Below are positions 11,480-19,142 of a stretch of DNA of 35,970 nucleotides, one piece after another; position 1 is the first letter of the stretch, and each line of letters begins with the position of its first letter. Source of the stretch: an uncultured Pirellulales bacterium. GTDB taxonomy: Bacteria; Planctomycetota; Phycisphaerae; Sedimentisphaerales; Anaerobacaceae. Position numbers and translations under genes: made by a program. The DNA is taken from positions 1-35,970 of the forward strand of contig CAYLXD010000004.1 of NCBI GenBank assembly GCA_964387515.1, given 5' to 3'. The notes beneath the pieces were generated by a model, which worked only from the letters and a program-made list of their open reading frames with translations, did not search any database and had not been told where the DNA came from.

Positions 11480-11953
11480 ATGAATATGTCGAAGACAAAA
11501 CTGATGAGTTTGGGCAAAAAAATCGGCCGGGCTTTTGGGCCGGATATTAAGCGGCTCAAGTCCGCTGACTTCAATTATAAGTGGCTGGAATCCCTAAATA
11601 TCCACACAATTATTGATATTGGGGCGAGCGTAGGCGAGTTCTCTAAGATGATTCGCGAAATTCTGCCCGAAGCGCAAATATACGCCTTTGAACCGCTGAG
11701 GGCTTCGTATCTCAAACTCATCTCAAACACGAGATATTTGTCGAAGTTCCAGGCCTTTAATTTTGCATTGGGGGAGCAGGATGATAATGACGGCAAGATG
11801 ACCGCTTCATTCAGGGAAATTTCGTCTAAGTTAAGTAAGAAATATAGCCTGCACAGAGATAGCAGCCTTATACTTCTGCTCAACGGGTGGTTGGGGTGTA
11901 ATGAGAGTAAACATAAAGTAGGGATTATAATGAAGCCAAAAATCCCCAAGTAG
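11480..11953 (+). pseudogene. FkbM-family methyltransferase, C-terminally truncated
   Basis: IIDIGASVGEFS ... IYAFEP ... FNFALGEQD matches the N-terminal half of Methyltransf_21. The expected second half (KiDvEG-type block) is absent. The ORF stops one base before the next gene's ORF. Confidence 0.45.
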
Positions 11954-11954
11954 G

Positions 11955-13112
11955 GTGCTTCAGCTTCACATGAAAGAGAATAAAAGTATACTTGATGTAA
12001 TTGGTGGGACTCTTGCTCTTCAAGTTACAACCCTCGGTTGGGGAGGCACCGAGAGATATGTCCAGGACCTCACAATTGCTTATGCTCAGCGTGAGCTAAG
12101 ACCTTTGGTTATAGTAGACAGCGAACCTTTGTGTCGGAAAGAAAGCATTGAAAATGCCGGTGCGGAGGTTGTGTGTCTTGGTATAAATAAGCAAATCAGG
12201 AACAAAGAATACAGCACGCTTCTTGGGAATGTTCTGCAAAAATATAATGTTGGCCTTTTACACTCAAATGCCTGGGTACGGCAGGAATGGATTCAGGATA
12301 TCTGCAGGGTAAACAATGTTAAATTTATTAAAACAATGCATGGAACCGTGGTTTTTAGTTTGAGGAGATTAATAGGTTTAACCTGGCCGAAGAACTGGTG
12401 GAAATTATGGTCCTATATGATTCGCGCTCGGAGAACTTGCCCTGCCTTTATCAGCATTTCAAATTTATCTCTCAACGGGTCAAGACGTCTTTGGGGTAAA
12501 CAAGCGAATACAAAAATGGTTTGTCTTGGAGTTCCTGCTGTTGCCAAAAAAGCAGAACCCGATTCCAATGGGACAGCTCCAACGTTCATTTGGGTCGGCT
12601 CACTGATTCCCAGAAAACAGCCGATGTTGATGGTTAGGGCATTCAAGAAAGTTCTTGAGAAATATCCTGACTGCTCCCTGACTATTGCAGGAGACGGTCC
12701 CCTCAGAGAAAGATGTCAGGCATTTACTGAAGTTAATATGCCCGGCAAAGTGAAATTTTTAGGGTTTACCAATAGGGTAGGAAATGTTCTGGCTCAGAGC
12801 CAGATATTTGTTTTGACCTCAAAGTCGGAAGGTTTACCTTATGCGATTCTGGAAGCTATGGCTGCAGGTTTACCAGTTGTAACGACAAATTGCGGGGCTG
12901 TTACTGAAGCTGTTGTGGATGGCACTACCGGTATAGTCGTGCCGCTAAACGATAAAAAATCTCTGGCTGCAGCAATGCTTGAGCTGGCTGCCGAACCTTC
13001 TTTGAGAAAGAAAATGGGGCAGGGGGGTTATCAAAGATGGCAAAATGAGTTTTCTATCGGCAAAATGATAAATAATACTTTAAAAGCATATCGGATTCTT
13101 CTGGACCTATGA
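11955..13112 (+). CDS. GT4-family glycosyltransferase
   Basis: GSLIPRKQP ... LTIAGDGP ... SKSEGLPYAILEAMAAGLPVVTTNCGAVTEAVVDGTTG (EX7E region). The start is GTG 11955 or ATG 11970. Confidence 0.85.
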   Translation: MLQLHMKENKSILDVIGGTLALQVTTLGWGGTERYVQDLTIAYAQRELRPLVIVDSEPLCRKESIENAGAEVVCLGINKQIRNKEYSTLLGNVLQKYNVGLLHSNAWVRQEWIQDICRVNNVKFIKTMHGTVVFSLRRLIGLTWPKNWWKLWSYMIRARRTCPAFISISNLSLNGSRRLWGKQANTKMVCLGVPAVAKKAEPDSNGTAPTFIWVGSLIPRKQPMLMVRAFKKVLEKYPDCSLTIAGDGPLRERCQAFTEVNMPGKVKFLGFTNRVGNVLAQSQIFVLTSKSEGLPYAILEAMAAGLPVVTTNCGAVTEAVVDGTTGIVVPLNDKKSLAAAMLELAAEPSLRKKMGQGGYQRWQNEFSIGKMINNTLKAYRILLDL

Positions 13113-13438
13113 CTTTATTTGCTGTTAAGAGGGAGTAATACAATTGTTGTTTTTTATTCATTTTTGTTTTTTTGGCTCTGCATTATTGATAAGATTATGC
13201 TTAGGTGATGGGTCCGCTTTTGTTGGAAAATTATCATGAAATTTAAATGGCTAACAGATATTATTGTTACGCGTATGGGGAGTATCGGCTTCCTGCCGAT
13301 TGTGCTGATTCTTAATTATTAGTGTTAATTTTGCTGGGAGTTGTTGTGTGGCGGTCGAGAGTATCTCTTTATAAGTCGTTAGAGACTATGTGGGGCAAAT
13401 TGGGGGTTGATTCGTAATATTAGAGGATAATATCTGTC

Positions 13439-14785
13439 ATGAGATTTCTTATATTATGGAAAATTCTCCAAGAGCGCTTAACCGGTGCTAATCTCCCGCT
13501 TGTTTTCTCATTGGGCGTACTTACGCTAATGGTTATATTGTTTATCCTATGGAGGTGGGGTGCAGGTTTTCTCATAGCATTGGCACCTATTTTTGTCGCG
13601 TTACAAATCACAAGGTCGGATACACTCAATGGTATTGCCCTGATGGGACGCTTTATTCTTGCCATAGTCTTAACTCTTTATGCGCTTTTTGGCAGGAGAA
13701 ACAGATTGTTTTTCTCGTCAACGATGCTTATCTTGGGTTTGATTCCGATAGTTATGTTGTTGAATTCAGCAAGGGCCCCCTTTCCTATAGATGCTTTTGG
13801 CCAGAGCATTTTATGGACTTTTTTTTATGTCGGACTTATACTGGGTGGCCAAAGGATTCTTGCCGATGCTCGTGGGCGAGCAGCTTTCATCAAAACTCTT
13901 ATGCTGTTCTCAATTGTTATGGCCTGCATGCAAATTCCTTTCTTCCGGATGACTCGAGGCAGATTGGAGGGCGTTTTCGAAAATGTGGTTGGTATCATGG
14001 CAATTGGTATGGCTGGTGTGATCATTTTGGTCTGGTTTGGTATGAGACAAAAGTTTTGGAGTTTTCGATTTATATTTTTTATGATTTTTGCTGCACTTGC
14101 TTCTATTGTGTTGGTCCTTTCAGCAGGACGAGCAGCTTTAGGGGGGGCTGTGTTGGGCGTATTGGTTGTGTTGGTTCGTAAGTTGAAGCGAAATCTCGTT
14201 ATATACTTAGTCGCGGGGCTCATTTTGATTCCCGTTGGCCTAAGAGTAGTCACAGCTTTTCCCGGCTTTGAGGCTGTTAAAGCTAAGATTTTTCAAAAAA
14301 AACCTTCTCGACGACTTGAATTGTTCTTGTTGGCGTGGCAGGAAATTAAGATCAAACCGTTGGTTGGCTGGGGAACGGGGACTTCGCTTGTTAAGGGAAT
14401 AACCGAGGCCGGCATTCAGTATCATAACAGCTATGCTGCGTTTGCTGTTGAGCATGGCATTCCCTTTGCCGTAATGATGCTCTTTGTTTTCGTACGTCTT
14501 CCTTTGCGAGGTTTGTATTTACAGCGGCACTGTTATACTGAGGAACTTAAAGATATGGCAAATTTGTCGGCTGCGCTATTATCGGCATACATTTTTGCGA
14601 GTTTCCTTGGAGGCGGACTGCTTGCCACAACTGGAATACTTCCAACTTACGCAGCGATTGCCTTGCAGGAAGGCGTATATGCTGAAAATCGAGAAATCGA
14701 GCTCTACGGCTGGCAGGAATATGATGAAAGTGGCTTTTTAAGGGGTGGTTCGGAAGAGATGTTAGCCGGCGAATTCTTTGGATGA
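13439..14785 (+). CDS. wzy: O-antigen polymerase / O-antigen ligase family membrane protein
   Basis: A 448 aa polytopic protein with a Wzy_C-like central block (LSAGRAALGGAVLGVLVVLV) and a large loop followed by HNSYAAFAVEHG. It is paired with wzx in the locus. Confidence 0.65.
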   Translation: MRFLILWKILQERLTGANLPLVFSLGVLTLMVILFILWRWGAGFLIALAPIFVALQITRSDTLNGIALMGRFILAIVLTLYALFGRRNRLFFSSTMLILGLIPIVMLLNSARAPFPIDAFGQSILWTFFYVGLILGGQRILADARGRAAFIKTLMLFSIVMACMQIPFFRMTRGRLEGVFENVVGIMAIGMAGVIILVWFGMRQKFWSFRFIFFMIFAALASIVLVLSAGRAALGGAVLGVLVVLVRKLKRNLVIYLVAGLILIPVGLRVVTAFPGFEAVKAKIFQKKPSRRLELFLLAWQEIKIKPLVGWGTGTSLVKGITEAGIQYHNSYAAFAVEHGIPFAVMMLFVFVRLPLRGLYLQRHCYTEELKDMANLSAALLSAYIFASFLGGGLLATTGILPTYAAIALQEGVYAENREIELYGWQEYDESGFLRGGSEEMLAGEFFG

Positions 14786-14806
14786 CACAAGGAAAGAGAC
14801 AGATTT

Positions 14807-15643
14807 ATGAAGGAGTGGCCTAAGATAAGCGTTGTAACACCATCATATAACCAAGGGGCGTTTTTGGAACAAACTATCCGTTCTGTATTGGAGCAAAATT
14901 ACCCCAATTTGGAGTATATCGTAATTGATGGAGGCAGTACGGATGGTTCGGTAGATATTATCAAAAAATACGCTGATAGACTGGCGTACTGGGTTAGTGA
15001 AAAGGACAAGGGCCAGTCGGATGCCTTGAATAAGGGTTTTAAAAGAGCAACTGGTGATATTGTAGCGTGGCTGAATAGCGATGATATGTATCTGCCTGGA
15101 GCTCTTGAAACGGTGGCAAAGACGTTTGTGGATAATCCTGATGTCGACTTCGTTTTCGGAGACAAGTTGGCTGTAGATGAAAACGGCAATATCCTGCGCT
15201 ACGAAAGACACACTCACTTTAGCTTTACAGCCTTCGTTGTTATAGGCTCTACGCTGTCGCAGTGCGCAACCTTTTGGAAACGGGCACTTTTTGAAAAGTA
15301 TGGTTATATTGATGACGGGTTGCAGTATTCGATGGATTATGAGTTTTTTTGCCGTATTGGTGCTCATATAAATGCCAAGCACATAAGAAAATACTTAGCT
15401 AAATTTCGTTGGCATACCAGCTCAAAATCCAGCACACCTTCGGAGCGGCAGCGTATGGAGCACAATACTGCTCGAGACAGATATCTGCGTTCCGTATGCA
15501 GCGGATATCCTGAAATTCTTGTAAAGGTCACTATGCATCTTTGCCGCGCGTACTGGTACACCAAACAGGGCGATGGTTTTTATGTGTTGCGAGGGATTTG
15601 CAGGAGAATGTTGCCACGGTCACTGCGGCCGCGGTCCTTGTAG
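14807..15643 (+). CDS. GT2-family glycosyltransferase
   Basis: ISVVTPSYNQGAFLEQTIRSVLEQNYPNLEYIVIDGGSTDGS ... DKGQSDALNKG ... LNSDD. Confidence 0.9.
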   Translation: MKEWPKISVVTPSYNQGAFLEQTIRSVLEQNYPNLEYIVIDGGSTDGSVDIIKKYADRLAYWVSEKDKGQSDALNKGFKRATGDIVAWLNSDDMYLPGALETVAKTFVDNPDVDFVFGDKLAVDENGNILRYERHTHFSFTAFVVIGSTLSQCATFWKRALFEKYGYIDDGLQYSMDYEFFCRIGAHINAKHIRKYLAKFRWHTSSKSSTPSERQRMEHNTARDRYLRSVCSGYPEILVKVTMHLCRAYWYTKQGDGFYVLRGICRRMLPRSLRPRSL

Positions 15644-15680
15644 AAAATTTCATCATAAATTGTTGGTTTTCAAAGGTATT

Positions 15681-16778
15681 ATGAATTATCGCTTTCTGAA
15701 AAAGCACTTCTTTTTGATATTGCTGATTCTCGGTTTTGTGACCCTATATTCTGCCTCTCGTGCTGCATCGCCCCTGAGTGACATAGATATTGTTTTAAAG
15801 TTAAGACAGCTAAAGCCATTACCTAAGGTGCATTATTCCTGGGGACTTGGAACTTTAATTAACGATCCCAACAGCAAGCTGCTTTATGAGCTTGCGAGAA
15901 TCACCCATTCAATCGGCATAACCGGGGCGTATGTAAGCGAGGAACAGATTGTTAATGCGGTTTATGTCTGTGCGAGAGTCGACAGAACAAATCCTGAAAT
16001 ACCTGCGTCGATAGCAATAAATCTAAGCCCTTTTCATTACAAATTTGAAAAAAATCTCGGGCCGGCGGACCGGGGCGCAAGTTTCCAGGAAGAATTGAAC
16101 TTTTTGGTTACTCGTCTGATGCTGATAAAAAGCTGGGTCGGCAAAGCAAACGCGAAATATTCCAGTGACGTTCGGGTTACAGCCATTCTTTTTGACAGTG
16201 AAAGATTTGTCAGAAGCAAGACGGATGAAAAGTGGAATTCAGCCATTTGTGACGCGTTTGAAACAGTTCAGCAGGCCGCAGTCCGGATTTTCCCCTCCGC
16301 GAGAATAGAATGGTTTGCGCAGGGAGTCGAAGCTGCATGGGGTAAAGACGGGTGGGGCGAGACGCCGTTTTTCGTTCACTGCAAAATGTTCAGGGCTCTG
16401 TCCTGCATTTTTTACACTCTCCCTGAGATCGAACGTATGCGTGAAACCTTTCGCAGAACATGTAAGCTCGCTGACGAATTAGGCATTGAAGAAGTTACGC
16501 CCTGGGTCGCGCTGGGCAGCGGCCTGAGGCGAAACTTCAACGGCCAGAATTGGGATTCAAACTGGGACTATGACCTGATATATTCCTGGGAGTTTGGGGC
16601 GGAGCTGAATTCTAAATGGTACTCGGAACACCCTAAAAGGTTTGCTCCGTTTGACCGAGCCAGAATAGTTGCTTTTTATCCCTGCCCGTTTGACAGCCGC
16701 AGCCCGAATTGGGGCAAACACTTCATCGCATTTGTTAGGGGCGCAAACGGCGTAAGAAAACTGGACGACCTGGAATGA
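15681..16778 (+). CDS. Secreted or exported hypothetical protein, no recognised domain
   Basis: Trimmed from ORF 15573..16778 to ATG 15681. That start gives a signal-like N-terminus, MNYRFLKKHFFLILLILGFVTLYSASRAA. The upstream 36 codons overlap the GT2 3' end. Confidence 0.5.
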   Translation: MNYRFLKKHFFLILLILGFVTLYSASRAASPLSDIDIVLKLRQLKPLPKVHYSWGLGTLINDPNSKLLYELARITHSIGITGAYVSEEQIVNAVYVCARVDRTNPEIPASIAINLSPFHYKFEKNLGPADRGASFQEELNFLVTRLMLIKSWVGKANAKYSSDVRVTAILFDSERFVRSKTDEKWNSAICDAFETVQQAAVRIFPSARIEWFAQGVEAAWGKDGWGETPFFVHCKMFRALSCIFYTLPEIERMRETFRRTCKLADELGIEEVTPWVALGSGLRRNFNGQNWDSNWDYDLIYSWEFGAELNSKWYSEHPKRFAPFDRARIVAFYPCPFDSRSPNWGKHFIAFVRGANGVRKLDDLE

Positions 16779-16833
16779 TTTTACCGGTGGCCCGTCCGGA
16801 ATTATCCGAAGGATTATTATCGGGGGAAATAAA

Positions 16834-17976
16834 TTGGCAACGAAGAAAGCTCCTGTAAATATGGTTATTATTGTCGGGACGCGTCCCGAGGCCATTAAAA
16901 TGGCGCCGGTGTATCTGGCAATGAAACGGGACTCGCGGCTGAAAGTTACCATGGCAGTAACTGCTCAGCATCGGCATATGCTCGACCAAGTACTGGGAGT
17001 ATTTGGCGTCGTACCTGATATAGACCTTGATATAATGCAACCAAACCAAAATTTGTCTGAGGTTTCTGCTCGTGTAATTGTCGGGATTCATGAATCATTA
17101 TCGCGTATCAAGCCCGACGCAGCGATTGTCCATGGAGATACGGCAACCTGTTTGTTTTCGGCGGTAGCGGCATTTTATCTGCAAATCCCGGTCGGACATG
17201 TTGAGGCGGGCCTGCGCACGTATAATTTCAAGGCGCCATGGCCGGAAGAAATGAATCGCCGGTTAGTTGACCCGATATGCCGATGGTGCTGGGCTCCGAC
17301 CAAAAGTGCGGCTGATAATTTGCGTTCCGAGCATATTCCTGAAGGGAACATTTTTGTGACGGGTAACACCGTAGTAGATGCACTGCATCTTGCCAGGGAT
17401 ATTGTGCGTCGTCGAAAACCAAATATTGAAATGCTCCAGGATAAAATACTGGAAAACAAGCGGCTGATTCTTGTAACGGGGCATCGAAGAGAAAGTTTTG
17501 GCAAGCCATTCGAAGAATTGTGTTACTCCTTAAAGCAACTGGCCCAAAAACACAAAGATGTAGTGCTGGTTTATTCAGTTCACCTGAACCCAAATGTGCA
17601 AAGGCCGGTAAGAAAAATATTGGGTAACCAAGAAAATATTTATTTGATTCCGCCGCTCGAATACCTGCAGTTTGTATATCTGATGGACCGCAGTTATTTC
17701 ATAATCACAGATTCCGGCGGCATACAGGAGGAGGCGCCATCTTTACACAAACCGGTGCTGGTTACACGAGCGGTTACGGAACGACCGGAAGCTGTTCAGG
17801 CCGGCTATTCTATTCTGGTGGGCACTTGTCGAGAAAGGATTCTGGCCGAGGCGTCGCGTCTGTTATGTCAGCCGAAGGTTTATGAAAAAATGTCTATGTC
17901 CACCAATCCCTATGGTGACGGCAGGGCTTCCCAGAGGATTCTCGATTCATTGATATTGACTTTGAGGTCAAAATAA
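16834..17976 (+). CDS. wecB: UDP-N-acetylglucosamine 2-epimerase (non-hydrolysing type)
   Basis: GTRPEAIKMAPV, TAQHRHMLDQVL, HGDTATC, HVEAGLRT, DSGGIQEEAPSL. TTG 16834 is preceded by GGGGGAAA; the alternative start is ATG 16861. Confidence 0.9.
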   Translation: MATKKAPVNMVIIVGTRPEAIKMAPVYLAMKRDSRLKVTMAVTAQHRHMLDQVLGVFGVVPDIDLDIMQPNQNLSEVSARVIVGIHESLSRIKPDAAIVHGDTATCLFSAVAAFYLQIPVGHVEAGLRTYNFKAPWPEEMNRRLVDPICRWCWAPTKSAADNLRSEHIPEGNIFVTGNTVVDALHLARDIVRRRKPNIEMLQDKILENKRLILVTGHRRESFGKPFEELCYSLKQLAQKHKDVVLVYSVHLNPNVQRPVRKILGNQENIYLIPPLEYLQFVYLMDRSYFIITDSGGIQEEAPSLHKPVLVTRAVTERPEAVQAGYSILVGTCRERILAEASRLLCQPKVYEKMSMSTNPYGDGRASQRILDSLILTLRSK

Positions 17977-17990
17977 CTTAACGCCAACGT

Positions 17991-19091
17991 ATGCGTATAG
18001 CTGTTATCCATGGCAACGACGGTTCTGATGTCAGGGTTGGGAAAACGTGTCGGTCACTGAGCAAAATGGGTTATGAGGTATACTTCATTGGCTGGGACAG
18101 AAACCCTGATATGGAAAAGACCATAGACCTTGGAAATACATCGATGGAAATAATGAAACTGTCGACGAGATGCGGCAGATGGAATATGTTTGGGCAGTTT
18201 CATTTCTGGGGACATATAGCAAGCAGACTCAGAATAATCCGGCCCGATACTGTGTGCTGTGTGAATGAGGATTTGACTTTTCTGGTTCTTCCATTCCGTG
18301 GAATATTTTACAAATATCTGGTCTGCGATATTTATGATTCTATGCTTGACCGACATAGCCACCGCAGATGGCCACTTCGCATAGTTCTATGGGTAATCTC
18401 AAAGACGGTCAGTGCATTTGCCGACCGGCTGATAGTAACAGATACAACGAGACTGGAGAGGGTAAGAGAAAGATACCGCGATAAGTGTGTCGTTGTCGAG
18501 AATGTTCCAGATGACCCGGGAGAAGAACTGTCAGATGTAATGCCTCAAGGAAAAATCAAAATTTATGTTACTGGTTCGTTGAGTTCCGGCAGGGGGCTGG
18601 AAAACATCATTAAAGCGGTGGAAAGTATTGAGGATGCGGAAATAATTTCGACAGGATGGCCTTACTATGACTATGCCAGGGAGGTATTTATTAAACATCC
18701 GAAGGTAACATTCAAAGGAATTGTTACTCTCAGGCAGTCGCTGGAATTAGCGGCACAATGTGATGCTATACTGTCATTTTACGCACCGGTATCGGTAAAC
18801 AATAAATATGCCAGTCCGAATAAAGTTTATGACGCGATGAGTGTGGGCCGACCAGTAATAATGAATTCAGAACCGCTTGTTGCAAAATGGGTAGAGCAAA
18901 ATAAAGTTGGTTTTTTGTGTAAATATAATGATGTGGAAAAGCTTCGGGAAATTGTGAAATCGTTGGGAGACAATCGCAGGAAACTGCCGGAATTTTCAGT
19001 GTGGGCACGAAAACTATATCTGAAAAATCACACGTGGGCGCAAATGGAGAGACGTCTTAAGAAACTTTATAATAATATCGCCGTCAAATAG
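17991..19091 (+). CDS. Putative GT-B fold glycosyltransferase
   Basis: MRIAVIHGNDGSDVRVGKTCRSLSKMGYEVYFIGWDR is a GT4-like N-terminal domain. The C-terminal Rossmann half reads IYVTGSL ... KVTFKG ... NKVYDAMSVGRPVI. No clear EX7E motif. Confidence 0.5.
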   Translation: MRIAVIHGNDGSDVRVGKTCRSLSKMGYEVYFIGWDRNPDMEKTIDLGNTSMEIMKLSTRCGRWNMFGQFHFWGHIASRLRIIRPDTVCCVNEDLTFLVLPFRGIFYKYLVCDIYDSMLDRHSHRRWPLRIVLWVISKTVSAFADRLIVTDTTRLERVRERYRDKCVVVENVPDDPGEELSDVMPQGKIKIYVTGSLSSGRGLENIIKAVESIEDAEIISTGWPYYDYAREVFIKHPKVTFKGIVTLRQSLELAAQCDAILSFYAPVSVNNKYASPNKVYDAMSVGRPVIMNSEPLVAKWVEQNKVGFLCKYNDVEKLREIVKSLGDNRRKLPEFSVWARKLYLKNHTWAQMERRLKKLYNNIAVK

Positions 19092-19142
19092 AGTAATCGG
19101 TAGACGATGTTTTTTTGAGTTTAATATATGCAAAGGTGTTTC

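Noticed and set aside
13549-14181. A 210-aa alternative-frame ORF on the same strand inside wzy.
   Set aside because: Its composition is Cys/Trp/Arg-rich with no motifs. It is fully nested in a coherent polytopic membrane protein frame.
13819-14302. Three homopolymer tracts inside wzy (T8 at 13819-13826, G7 at 14141-14147, A8 at 14295-14302) as possible phase-variation switches.
   Set aside because: Runs of 7 also occur in housekeeping-type genes here (A7 at 1067-1073 in gmd, T7 at 1368-1374 in fcl). The T runs follow from Phe-rich TM helices, and the wzy frame is intact. This is only testable with population sequencing.
15573-15680. Cys/His-rich peptide (MVFMCCEGFAGECCHGHCGRGPC...) at the head of ORF 15573..16778; it looks like a metal-binding or RiPP-like leader.
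   Set aside because: It overlaps the last 71 nt of the well-supported GT2 gene in another frame. It is followed by an internal ATG (15681) that yields a proper signal peptide. It is most likely a frame artefact of GC-rich codons.
17160-17167. Exact match to the enterobacterial ops element GGCGGTAG (RfaH recruitment site of polysaccharide operons).
   Set aside because: It sits inside the wecB coding sequence, not in a leader. An 8-mer is expected about once by chance in 72 kb of two-stranded sequence, and RfaH/ops is a proteobacterial system.
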